Positions 35,211-44,572 of a stretch of 64,000 nt of DNA are shown in pieces. The position numbers were made by a program, and so were the translations under genes. The number at the start of each line of letters is the position of its first letter. Position 1 is the first letter of the stretch. This DNA is from a virus. Lineage: Duplodnaviria > Caudoviricetes. Location of the stretch: positions 1 through 64,000 of the IMG/VR virus record IMGVR_UViG_2562617158_000001. One strand, 5' to 3'. The notes under the pieces were generated by a model. It was given only the letters and a program-made list of their open reading frames with translations. It did not search any database and had not been told where the DNA came from.

Positions 35211-36866
35211 TTGTCCACTGATATTATGAAGGAAATCTTTGGTAATTCCCTTAGACGCACGGGAGAAAAAGAGACCCCTAAAGACCGAGCAGCGCACGAC
35301 TTTCAGTTTTTCTGCGAGTATTATCTAGCTGATTACTTTACATCCCCATGGAGTGAAGCGTTCCACAAATGGCTTATACACAAATACGAAGACATCATCT
35401 TCAATCACAAGGATGAACAGAACAAGGTCTGCGTCTCGTCCCCACGAGGTCATGCTAAGTCAACCTTGTCATCTTTTGCGTTTGTCCTCTGGTGCGCGTT
35501 GTATGGCTATAAGAAGTTCATCGTTATCATCTCGGCAACGGCCATTGTTGCTAAACAGTTCATCCTGAATATCCGTGATGCGATTGAATTTAATCCATTG
35601 ATTAAGCGTGATTTCGGCAGTCTCAAGAATGATAGTCTGTGGAACTCTCAGGAGCTGCTTCTTCGTACTGGTGCTTATATCATCTGTAAAGGCGCAAACG
35701 CACAGCTCCGTGGACTTCAGTTTGGCGGCACTCGTCCTGACCTGGCACTCCTTGATGATATGGAGTCCCAGGAAGAAGTCGATAGTCCAACACAGGTTGA
35801 TTCATTGGAACACTGGTTGACAGCAGATGTCATCCCGATGCTTTCCGTTGATGGAGACGCGATCTTCATCGGAACGGTACTGAGTTACAACTCTGTTCTC
35901 TGGAGACTCCTGACAGAAGCAAGGTTTGCATCGTGGGAGCGCAAGAGATTCCAAGCAGTCATTGAATTTTCTCCGAGCAACCTTTGGGCTGAATGGGAAA
36001 GCATCATGACAGACCTGTCACGCGGTGACAATGCCTATCGAGAAGCCAAGAATTTTTACAACGAACATAAAGAAGAGATGCTTGATGGTGCTAAAGTTCT
36101 TTGGCCTGACCAGAGAAAGGACCAGTACCTGTACCTCATGGAAAAGCGCTTGGAATCCGAGGAGTCCTTTGCTAGTGAGTATCAGAATGACCCGATGACA
36201 GAGAATCTTCGTGTATTCAAAACAGAGTGGCTTGAGAACAACTATTACGAGGAGACTCCTGATATCAAAGAGGTCAACATTGCGCTTGACCCTGCTGTCA
36301 GTACGTCCCGTACCGCAGACTATTCGGTCATCCTTGTATTAGGGCGAGGAACAGACAATTACTTCTATGTACTTGAGTGCGATGCTCAGAAGAGAAGCGG
36401 CGACAAGCTCATTGATGATGCAAAGAAAATTATTGCAACATACTATAGATATCGTCCGAAGATTATCTGTGAGACCAATCAGTTTCAGGCATTCTTCTCG
36501 ACAACATTACAAAAAGACTTGATTGACTCTGGTATTTATTTGGAATGGATTGATGTCATGCATATGGGTAAAGATAAAAAGAAAACTCGTATCGAAAGCC
36601 TTGCGCCCCATATCCGTCAAGGCCACATCAAATTCAAGAAGGACCAGAGTTTGTTACTATATCAGCTGCGTATGTACCCTAGGACTCATGATGATTGCCC
36701 TGATGCACTCCATATGGCAATCAGTCCAATGCTCGAATCGTCAATCGCCAAGTTCTCCTTTGGCAGTTTTGGCGGCAACACGACACACAACGAGAACGGC
36801 TCTAGGATGACCATAAGGCAGCTCGGTGAACAATTAAAGAAATGGGGAGGTGAAACTTACGAATAA
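35211..36866 (+). CDS. Terminase large subunit
   Basis: PRGHAKST Walker A, LLDDME Walker B, ALDPA and HDDCPDA nuclease motifs. Confidence 0.93.
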   Translation: MSTDIMKEIFGNSLRRTGEKETPKDRAAHDFQFFCEYYLADYFTSPWSEAFHKWLIHKYEDIIFNHKDEQNKVCVSSPRGHAKSTLSSFAFVLWCALYGYKKFIVIISATAIVAKQFILNIRDAIEFNPLIKRDFGSLKNDSLWNSQELLLRTGAYIICKGANAQLRGLQFGGTRPDLALLDDMESQEEVDSPTQVDSLEHWLTADVIPMLSVDGDAIFIGTVLSYNSVLWRLLTEARFASWERKRFQAVIEFSPSNLWAEWESIMTDLSRGDNAYREAKNFYNEHKEEMLDGAKVLWPDQRKDQYLYLMEKRLESEESFASEYQNDPMTENLRVFKTEWLENNYYEETPDIKEVNIALDPAVSTSRTADYSVILVLGRGTDNYFYVLECDAQKRSGDKLIDDAKKIIATYYRYRPKIICETNQFQAFFSTTLQKDLIDSGIYLEWIDVMHMGKDKKKTRIESLAPHIRQGHIKFKKDQSLLLYQLRMYPRTHDDCPDALHMAISPMLESSIAKFSFGSFGGNTTHNENGSRMTIRQLGEQLKKWGGETYE

Positions 36867-38169
36867 ATTACAGAGATTCCTTGCATCCAAGATTCCATCC
36901 ATGAAACTCTTGTGGACTGACCGATATGGCATGAATATCCCAAATGAGAATAAGGCACGGAAAATGACGTTACCTCCCCCAGACAAACGGAGACTCCGTA
37001 ACCTCTCCCGTGAACCTATCGTGCGAAAAGCCATGAATATCATCAGTGATGCCGTGTCATCAATGCCATACACCATTGATGTGATTGCCCCAGGACGCAA
37101 GAAGTATGTCAAAGAGATTGCTGTGATTCAGAATATCATCGAGCATCCGAACGTCATTGATAGTCGGCGCAGCTTCACGAAGAGAATCATGGACGATGCA
37201 CTGGTCTTAGATGCGATGGTTGTTGAAGCGGCCAAAGGAAGTGACCGTAATCATCCCATTTACCTTTACCCTGTAGATGCAGGGACAATCAAGCTGCTTG
37301 AACCATGGGATTACACGAATCCGCATGGATTCCGCTATGTACAGGACCAAGAGCATGGTGCTCAGAAGTTCACGGCAGACACGATCTTCTATGGCACTCG
37401 TCAGAATTTCACGGATACACACTATGGCTGTTCTCCTGTCCGCTATGCATACAAATACATCAGTGATTACATTGAAGCCTGTGCAAGAGCTAACGATATT
37501 GCGACGAATACAACGTCGAGCTTTATTGTCGGACTCAAGGATGCAACTCCAGAGATGGTTGAGAAGTTCCGTGACTACATGACAAATGAGATTGAAGGTA
37601 CAGGTCATATCCCTGTCGTTGGTGGTACGGATATTGATAGTAGGCAGATTCGTAGCATCAACAAGGACAACCTTGGTATCGACTGGATTGACAGGCTGAC
37701 AAAAATCATTGCTATGTCTTTCAGTATCCCTCCTGAAGAACTCGGTATTACCATTCAGAACGATAGAAGTACTGAAGATGACCGTGATAACTCCATGACA
37801 GAGGGTGCAATCAAACCATACGCCTATCTCCTTGAGGACTTGTATAACAACTACGTCATTGCAAAGATGGGACTTGGTGGTGTACTAAAATTCCGATTCA
37901 TCCATGAGGATAGTGAGAATCAGAAAACAGCAAAGAGTACACGGCTTGTCAATGAATATAAAGCTGACCTTATTACGGAGAATGAGTTCCGTACACTTTG
38001 CGGATACGAAGAGAGTCAGTCGAAATACGCCAATATGACACACGTTGAAAAGACAGCTAATCTCAATGTTGACCTTGGAATCGCAGGCGGTGGCGGCTTC
38101 AATGGTGTTGGTGATGTTAAGAATACAACAAAAGATGATGGTAGCAAGAAGGATGGTGATAGTGGTTGA
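36850..38169 (+). CDS. Portal protein
   Basis: Follows terL; size; YGCSPV, F.IPPEELG, LITENEFR. Confidence 0.88.
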   Translation: MKLTNKLQRFLASKIPSMKLLWTDRYGMNIPNENKARKMTLPPPDKRRLRNLSREPIVRKAMNIISDAVSSMPYTIDVIAPGRKKYVKEIAVIQNIIEHPNVIDSRRSFTKRIMDDALVLDAMVVEAAKGSDRNHPIYLYPVDAGTIKLLEPWDYTNPHGFRYVQDQEHGAQKFTADTIFYGTRQNFTDTHYGCSPVRYAYKYISDYIEACARANDIATNTTSSFIVGLKDATPEMVEKFRDYMTNEIEGTGHIPVVGGTDIDSRQIRSINKDNLGIDWIDRLTKIIAMSFSIPPEELGITIQNDRSTEDDRDNSMTEGAIKPYAYLLEDLYNNYVIAKMGLGGVLKFRFIHEDSENQKTAKSTRLVNEYKADLITENEFRTLCGYEESQSKYANMTHVEKTANLNVDLGIAGGGGFNGVGDVKNTTKDDGSKKDGDSG

Positions 38170-39086
38170 GTAAAGAATTGATGAAGAGTTCCTTGACAGA
38201 AGTCACAATGTCCTCGGAACTTGGTAAGATGGTTATCAATGGCTGCATTACGAAGATTGGCAAAGCATCTACTGGTGCTCCTTGTGGTACTGATGGAAAG
38301 CTCGCTGTGTTTACCGCAGAATCTATTAAGAAATGCGCCGATACATTCGTCGGTATGCCATTGAACTGCACATATCCTGATGGATGGTTTGCAGATGGTA
38401 CGGATTTGTTTACGAATCACGGCGATATGAACATTGGTTATATCCGCAGTGTTGAAGCGAAAGACGATAACCTTATGGCAGAAATCGTCGTATGGAAAGA
38501 TAAATTCCCTGAAGAAGCATTCATGATTGTGAATGGCGCAGAAGCACTCGGCTTTAGCGTTGAGTGGTATGCAACGCAGACACATGAAGATGAAGAAAAT
38601 GTCTATATGGATGAATTTCAGGGTGCTGGCTGTGCAATCCTTTGGAAGAACTGCGCAGCTTTTAGTGACACGTTTATTGAGACTCTTGCAGCAAGCAGAG
38701 ATAAAAAGAATAGGAGTGATAATTCTATGAATGAACAGGAAAAGAAAGAGATTATCGACAGCATTATGGCTGGTTTGGATGAGAAGCTGAAAGGCTACGA
38801 GGAGAAAATTGGTGAGATCAAGGCGTCCGTCGAGAAGGTTAAGGGTGACGTTGATGAATCCGTAAAGGCTTCGATTGAGGAAGTCAAGGCAGATATGGAG
38901 AAGGCCAAGGATGAGTTCAAGGCATCTGTTGCTGTTCCGCAGCCGAAAACGCAGGAGCCTGCAAAGAACCCGTTTGAGGGTGGCGAGGAGAAGTCCAAGG
39001 AAGAGAAGATTGCAGAAATCAATGCTTCCAACATGTCTCTCGCTGATAAGCTCCATGAGATCACGAAGATTCGCTACGGTAAGTAA
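38166..39086 (+). CDS. Prohead protease with C-terminal scaffold
   Basis: NHGD..IG, GFSVEW protease-like motifs; coiled-coil/Pro-rich C-term; between portal and MCP. Confidence 0.75.
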   Translation: MSKELMKSSLTEVTMSSELGKMVINGCITKIGKASTGAPCGTDGKLAVFTAESIKKCADTFVGMPLNCTYPDGWFADGTDLFTNHGDMNIGYIRSVEAKDDNLMAEIVVWKDKFPEEAFMIVNGAEALGFSVEWYATQTHEDEENVYMDEFQGAGCAILWKNCAAFSDTFIETLAASRDKKNRSDNSMNEQEKKEIIDSIMAGLDEKLKGYEEKIGEIKASVEKVKGDVDESVKASIEEVKADMEKAKDEFKASVAVPQPKTQEPAKNPFEGGEEKSKEEKIAEINASNMSLADKLHEITKIRYGK

Positions 39087-39100
39087 TTTAGACTAACAGA

Positions 39101-39134
39101 CAAGACTGTTGCATTTGCAATGGTCTTTTTTTAT
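39101..39134 (+). terminator. Terminator/attenuator-like hairpin before capsid gene
   Basis: AAGACTGTTGCA-T-TTGCAATGGTCTT followed by T-tract. Confidence 0.55.
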
Positions 39135-39154
39135 TGGAAAGGATGATGTGAATA

Positions 39155-40231
39155 ATGAGTAATGGTGTACTTTTTAGTGCGGCTATCGCAACTACAGACA
39201 AAGGTCAGCCGATTAAGGCTGCATCGAATCCGATTAGCGTTTACAATGAAGACCATATGTTGGTCGTCGGGGACTATGACAAGGTCCTCCATGATTATCT
39301 GAAACGTGACTTTGCACTTGCTGTTAAGGTCAACAGTGTCCGTGCATCGGGCTATCCGCATGTATGGAATGAGCAGAAGGGTCTCCCTGCAAATACGCAG
39401 GCTGTTGACCCGAAGGTCGGCTTTGGCACGACGGATGCTCCGTCTTATCGTCCGAAGACGCTCTCCACGGAATACAAGCGTGATAACTGGAAGCAGGCAT
39501 TTGCTCGTTGCTATTCTACGGGTATCCGCTATGATTACTTCACGCGCCAGATGGAGAATAACTACGGTACGTTCGAGAATCTGACCGAGAAGGACTACAA
39601 CGACATGTTCGTTGACTTCACGAAGACTACGTGCAATGACTTCTGGAATGGCGCAACGAAGTTTGACGCAACGGATGCATTTACGTACTACGGTGTTATC
39701 GCTCAGATTTCTGAGAATAAGGACAATGTTACGGCTATTGCTGATGGCACGAAGATTGCCGATGCACTCAACACGAAGATTGCAAACCTCATGGCTCGCC
39801 TTGACTACACTGGCTACCCGGATGTCATTGCAATGAACCCTGCAACGTATGACATTCTCATCAAGGAAGAAGCAGAGCGTTCCCTGTATCAGCGTGATAT
39901 CACGACGGAAATTGTCCCGGGCGTCAAAGTTCCGGCATTCTTCACACCGATGGGCAAGCTCCCGATTGTCCTTACGCCGTTCATTAAGCCGACGGTTGAT
40001 TCCTCCGCTGGTACGACGAAGCACCAGATCGTTGCAATCAATTCGGCTATGATTGACCGTATCTGGCTCTTTAATGACGCCCCGAAGGTCTATGAGATTG
40101 CTAACCCGGAGCTCCCGCTTGCAAATGACCGACTCCTCACGGATAAGTTTGTACTCGACTTTGCCAACTACATCGTCCATGGTGTTGACACGGGTATGCA
40201 CTTCATCCTCACGAAAACGGTGAAGAACTGA
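39155..40231 (+). CDS. Major capsid protein (HK97 fold)
   Basis: Position, size, strong codon bias, DVIAMNP, TPMGKLPIV. Confidence 0.85.
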   Translation: MSNGVLFSAAIATTDKGQPIKAASNPISVYNEDHMLVVGDYDKVLHDYLKRDFALAVKVNSVRASGYPHVWNEQKGLPANTQAVDPKVGFGTTDAPSYRPKTLSTEYKRDNWKQAFARCYSTGIRYDYFTRQMENNYGTFENLTEKDYNDMFVDFTKTTCNDFWNGATKFDATDAFTYYGVIAQISENKDNVTAIADGTKIADALNTKIANLMARLDYTGYPDVIAMNPATYDILIKEEAERSLYQRDITTEIVPGVKVPAFFTPMGKLPIVLTPFIKPTVDSSAGTTKHQIVAINSAMIDRIWLFNDAPKVYEIANPELPLANDRLLTDKFVLDFANYIVHGVDTGMHFILTKTVKN

Positions 40232-40306
40232 TAACTAAGTGAAATCGTCGCTTGGCATTCAACCAACAAATAAACAAACCATGCGGCTTTTATAGGAGGT
40301 AGTTAG

Positions 40307-40513
40307 ATGGCAAGAACAGCAAAAGCAGCAGCAACAACGGAAAAGCCAGTTGTTGAAGCAACGGATAAACCAGTGGAGTGTGAAGTGAAAGACTTTTTGA
40401 AATCTCATGGTTCTATCATGCTTGGCACTCACTTCATTCCGATTGTTGGTGGTAAGGTCAAAATCAGTGCAAAGACAAAGGAAATCTTTGAGAAAAGTGG
40501 GTTCCTGAAATGA
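40307..40513 (+). CDS. Small head-associated protein
   Basis: RBS AGGAGG; follows MCP. Confidence 0.6.
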   Translation: MARTAKAAATTEKPVVEATDKPVECEVKDFLKSHGSIMLGTHFIPIVGGKVKISAKTKEIFEKSGFLK

Positions 40514-41079
40514 AAACGTATCTGACTGAGGATGAAATCCCCCTGTACTGTGGCCTTATCAGTGGCGTCAAGATGGAACACATCGAAGCGGCTACAACGC
40601 TCATTGATGCATTTAAAGGACGTTCATTTTATCCAATGGAGCATACAGAGCGTGTTGAGTTGAAGCATAAGCGTGTAGACCATGAATTCCGTGGGAAACT
40701 CAAGCATTTTCCTCGTGTTTCCATTGAGAAGGTCACGGCAAAGACACATGGGTTTTTTGGAGATGACACATTGACTCTGAATGCAGACACACTGGATTTC
40801 GACGATGATGAGTCCCTGTATTTTACCTTTGAGTTCCCTCAGTCGTTCATGTTCCGTAAGCCACCGAAGTATCTTAAGGTTACTTATAAGAGTGGTTATG
40901 CGGAAATCCCAGAAGCAGTAAAGCGGGCATGTGGAATCCTTGCCTGTAACATCAAGCAGATGGGCGGTACATTACGGTGGAAAAGCCGTGATGACTATGA
41001 CGTCAAGGTAACACTTAGTGACTCTGGTGTGTTCTCTCCAGAGATTGAGAATATATTGCGAGGTGTAGAGATTCAATGA
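40510..41079 (+). CDS. Head-tail adaptor (connector)
   Basis: VTYKSGY.EIPEAVKRAC motif; synteny. Confidence 0.75.
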   Translation: MKTYLTEDEIPLYCGLISGVKMEHIEAATTLIDAFKGRSFYPMEHTERVELKHKRVDHEFRGKLKHFPRVSIEKVTAKTHGFFGDDTLTLNADTLDFDDDESLYFTFEFPQSFMFRKPPKYLKVTYKSGYAEIPEAVKRACGILACNIKQMGGTLRWKSRDDYDVKVTLSDSGVFSPEIENILRGVEIQ

Positions 41080-41636
41080 ATGTACTGGCTTACTATACTG
41101 ACCGAATGGAACCATTGACGAATGAACATGGAGCAACGGAACAAGCCCTGGTATTGCGCAGAGGTAAGACAATGAGTCCACAGACGATTGCAGACGGTAG
41201 AGTGATGCTTGTAGACCTTGGGACACAATTTGTTGGCGGTGATATCTTATCGCGACAGAATGGTGAGCAGTATTTCATCGTATCAAAACAGCAGAGTTCA
41301 GACTGTGTTCAGATTCAGGGTAAACGAGTGAATGCCCATGTCAATATCAGTGCATTAACGGACAAATATGTGAATCATAAAAAGGTTGGCACAGAAGAAA
41401 CCGTGATTATTACGGACTGTCCAACGTATTATCAAGATGTGTCGGCGGCAATGCACACGTATGACGCAGGACTTTTACCGAAAACCGTGAAGCGCATCGT
41501 TATCCATAATTCTATCAAGGTGAAACTCCTTGACCGTGTTTCGTTCGGTGAACGGAACTATCAGGTAGACAACATTGATACGGCCAAGTATGTCGGATTG
41601 TATGAGCTGCAATTATCAGAGGATACACGACAATGA
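41076..41636 (+). CDS. Head closure/head-tail joining protein
   Basis: Synteny; DRVSF...YQVDNID. Confidence 0.6.
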   Translation: MNVLAYYTDRMEPLTNEHGATEQALVLRRGKTMSPQTIADGRVMLVDLGTQFVGGDILSRQNGEQYFIVSKQQSSDCVQIQGKRVNAHVNISALTDKYVNHKKVGTEETVIITDCPTYYQDVSAAMHTYDAGLLPKTVKRIVIHNSIKVKLLDRVSFGERNYQVDNIDTAKYVGLYELQLSEDTRQ

Positions 41637-42190
41637 GTAATATTTCTAAGGCCGTCACTCAGTGGGCAAATAAGAATATCGCGGACATTAAGGGCGAATG
41701 GGGGAAATCAACCATTGAAGGTAACGCAGAAATAAATTTCAAGATCACGAAGGACAGCCCCGATGAAGTCACAGGTGAATTTACCGCGAGTGGACAGAAG
41801 ATGTGGATGAATGAATATGGCTCTGGTTCTAGACTAGACCGTAGCAATCCGTTTTTATCCCAATACACCAGTTCATCGGTATTCAACAGGGAACGCCTAA
41901 ATGATACTGGTTTTGAATATGCAATCCGTACAAGGCCGTCTGGTCATTACTACCAAGACCTTGATGGTAATAATCATAGAGGTTCTGGCATTGGTATGCC
42001 GCATGGACTCCGCCTTGAAAGTAAGACTACTTTTGGAGATATGGCAGTCAAGCCACATGAGCCTAAGCATACCATCAAAGAGACCTTGACTGGCAATACG
42101 GTATATAACGAACAATTCAAACAAGATTTATTGAATTCGTTTGGCGCAACAATACAAGAGTCCATTGCAAAGGTGGTGCGTAAATCATGA
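41633..42190 (+). CDS. Tail completion/neck protein
   Basis: Synteny; NEYGSG motif. Confidence 0.55.
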   Translation: MSNISKAVTQWANKNIADIKGEWGKSTIEGNAEINFKITKDSPDEVTGEFTASGQKMWMNEYGSGSRLDRSNPFLSQYTSSSVFNRERLNDTGFEYAIRTRPSGHYYQDLDGNNHRGSGIGMPHGLRLESKTTFGDMAVKPHEPKHTIKETLTGNTVYNEQFKQDLLNSFGATIQESIAKVVRKS

Positions 42191-42588
42191 ACGCATTTGA
42201 GTTTGGTAATGAACTCTGGAATCTATTCACGAATGACGAGACTCTGGTGAAGCTATTGGATGTCGATGTGGACGATGAATCATCGTATGTAAAGCACTAT
42301 CGACAAGAAGATGTAGCACCAGAGCTTTTTAATGTGGAGAACTTGCCGTCCATTGCATTTTACTTTGCAGACGCAGGCTCTACCGTGAATGACTATTTGA
42401 ATCTCGGACTTCTACGTATTGACATCTACACATCTTATCGAGATGACGTAGAGCCAATCCGTAAACGTATCGTTGATATCATCCACGAGAGATTCGACGA
42501 GCGTGTCCGTGCGGAAGGACAGAGGAGTTCGGGTATCACCAATGTATACAAATATAGACTGGAGTTTACTCCATTGATTTTCACATGA
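42187..42588 (+). CDS. Tail terminator protein
   Basis: Synteny; LRIDIYT. Confidence 0.6.
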   Translation: MNAFEFGNELWNLFTNDETLVKLLDVDVDDESSYVKHYRQEDVAPELFNVENLPSIAFYFADAGSTVNDYLNLGLLRIDIYTSYRDDVEPIRKRIVDIIHERFDERVRAEGQRSSGITNVYKYRLEFTPLIFT

Positions 42589-42605
42589 GAAAGGATGATG
42601 TGTAG

Positions 42606-43349
42606 ATGGCAGTTAAAGACCTTCTGAATAAAGGACTGCTCCTGCATGGTATTGGTGCAGGCGTTCTGAAGAGTGTCACTGGCAAGATCGCTGAGATGAC
42701 TACTTCCCAGAGCATGAATATGAACATTACGGCAACGACAGAGGATGTCTATGGCGGTGACGGCCTGTTCCCGCTCTATACGTACATTTCCAAGAAGGAA
42801 GGTACGGTTGAGATTACGAACGCTGAGTTTAAGCTCTCTCAGGTACAGATTGCACAGGGTACTAAGATTACGGCAACGGGCAATAAGCGTAACTACCGTG
42901 TCCTCATCACGAAGGACGATAAGCAGCTCATCAAGGACGGTGCTCTGACTGGTGTTGAAGCCCTTGCAGTCATCGGTCCGGATGGCAACGATGCATCGGC
43001 TGCTGTTACGGTCACGGATACTGGCGCTGTAACCTTTGGCGAAGCTGCGGTTGCCGGTGAGTATGTTGTATGGTTCAAGGCAACGGATGCTAACAGTGTT
43101 AAGGCCGAGATGCTCAAGAATGCAATGCCGGAAGTTGCAACGTTCAACTGGATGTTTACCACGGAGGATTCCGAGGGCAACAAGTATCAGATTGATATCT
43201 ATGCTCGCCGTGTCCGTGCTGATGGCGAACTCAAGATTGAGACGGCTCGTGACAAGGCAACCACTCCGTCCCTCAAGATTAAGATTCTTGACCCAGGTGA
43301 TGGCCATGATGACTTTGCAGTTGTCACGATCACGCCGCTTGCTGCTTGA
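42606..43349 (+). CDS. Major tail (tube) protein
   Basis: Position, size, strong codon bias, followed by terminator. Confidence 0.8.
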   Translation: MAVKDLLNKGLLLHGIGAGVLKSVTGKIAEMTTSQSMNMNITATTEDVYGGDGLFPLYTYISKKEGTVEITNAEFKLSQVQIAQGTKITATGNKRNYRVLITKDDKQLIKDGALTGVEALAVIGPDGNDASAAVTVTDTGAVTFGEAAVAGEYVVWFKATDANSVKAEMLKNAMPEVATFNWMFTTEDSEGNKYQIDIYARRVRADGELKIETARDKATTPSLKIKILDPGDGHDDFAVVTITPLAA

Positions 43350-43368
43350 TGATTTAGTAGCTTAACTT

Positions 43369-43397
43369 TGGGACTGACTACGGTCAGTCCTTTGTTT
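43369..43397 (+). terminator. Intrinsic terminator
   Basis: GGGACTGAC-TACG-GTCAGTCCT-TTGTTT. Confidence 0.75.
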
Positions 43398-43428
43398 AAA
43401 CTACCAAGTTACAAGGAGGTAACAATAC

Positions 43429-43845
43429 ATGGCAGAAGAAAAGAGTAACGATAATGTCATTGGACTCTATGAGATTGTCCGTGACCGCTATGGCAAGAAA
43501 CATAAAGTATATAGTGCAAAGTTCAAGGACTTGCATACGATTATGAATTTCACTCAGCATTACAGCCCAGATTCCTTTGGCCTCTACATGCTTGCCCCTG
43601 TGATTGACAAGGATGGCGAGGTAGACATGGATGCAGAGGGCAACATCAACTATGACAACGGATTCTATGATGACCTCATGGAGATGATTGAGATGGCACT
43701 TGACCATCGTGAGACTCGTGAGCAGATCGAAGAATGGCTCGATGTAGAGGTTGCTCGGAATATCATCATGGTCTATCTTCGCGTTTCTCAGTTTAAAAAA
43801 AACAATCCATTAAATCTGGAGAAGAGACTCATTGGCGAAATCTGA
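43429..43845 (+). CDS. Tail assembly chaperone (G)
   Basis: Between tail tube and TMP; slippery TTTAAAAAAAAC at 43792-43803. Confidence 0.8.
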   Translation: MAEEKSNDNVIGLYEIVRDRYGKKHKVYSAKFKDLHTIMNFTQHYSPDSFGLYMLAPVIDKDGEVDMDAEGNINYDNGFYDDLMEMIEMALDHRETREQIEEWLDVEVARNIIMVYLRVSQFKKNNPLNLEKRLIGEI

Positions 43846-44030
43846 TTGCAAGCCTTGTTCAGAACACGAGTCTCAACGTACATGACATTGAGGAACTTCG
43901 TATCAATGAAATGGAGGACCTGTTGCAGGGTATCAGTGAGAATAACGAGGAACTGAATAAGAAGTACGGCAATGGTGGCAAGGAACAGCTTGAAGGTGAT
44001 GATGCTATCCATGCACTCCTTGGAAAATAA
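43429..44030 (+). CDS. Tail assembly chaperone frameshift product (G-T), -1 programmed frameshift
   Basis: -1 frame open from A8 tract to TAA 44028-44030 (KQSIKSGEETHWRNL...ALLGK). Confidence 0.75.
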
Positions 44031-44033
44031 CTG

Positions 44034-44062
44034 TTGACAACTTTTGATATACGACGTATAAT
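44034..44062 (+). promoter_or_regulatory. Consensus sigma70 promoter with copy of the switch operator
   Basis: TTGACA-17-TATAAT containing ATATACGACGTATAA. Confidence 0.85.
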
Positions 44063-44114
44063 CGAAGAAAACAAGGAAAAAATGTTAATAGTTGTGTAAA
44101 GGAGGATTACAAAA

Positions 44115-44495
44115 ATGAAGCGGCTACTCATCATTTTCATGACATTATTCGCATTCTCATCAGTATGTTTCGCAGATGGCAATGAAGACGTATTGGATCA
44201 CGATGAACAGTTTGCGTATGATTGTATTGACAAGTGGTATACCTTCCTAGATAATAGCAAGGTACGTTTCAAAGCAGTCGATGCAACAGACAAGGACAAC
44301 GTCGAAAAAGGATTATGCGTAATATCCTTGGAAGTACCTAATCAGTTCGGTGGAATGTCATTCAGAAACTACTGGTTCCAAGACGGAAAACCAGATTCAG
44401 TATACGACGGCATCGGTGACAGCGATGTTTGGAATAGGTTCGATATAGCAAAGATGAACAGGGTGTGGAAGGAAAAACATCCACCCGAGCAGTGA
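44115..44495 (+). CDS. Moron: secreted/periplasmic hypothetical protein
   Basis: Signal peptide MKRLLIIFMTLFAFSSVCFA; own promoter, RBS AAAGGAGG and terminator; NQFGG motif. Confidence 0.75.
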   Translation: MKRLLIIFMTLFAFSSVCFADGNEDVLDHDEQFAYDCIDKWYTFLDNSKVRFKAVDATDKDNVEKGLCVISLEVPNQFGGMSFRNYWFQDGKPDSVYDGIGDSDVWNRFDIAKMNRVWKEKHPPEQ

Positions 44496-44515
44496 ATATA
44501 CAATAGAATAACGAA

Positions 44516-44555
44516 AAGGGGTATCATGGTAAAACATGGTATCCCTTATTTTTTT
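44516..44555 (+). terminator. Intrinsic terminator after moron
   Basis: AAGGGGTATCATG-loop-CATGGTATCCCTT followed by T-tract. Confidence 0.7.
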
Positions 44556-44572
44556 ATGTTTGGAGGGATAAA

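Noticed and set aside
39131-40201. Long antisense ORFs opposite the capsid, scaffold, tail tube and TMP genes
   Set aside because: Typical shadow ORFs from codon bias of highly expressed genes; no RBS or motifs
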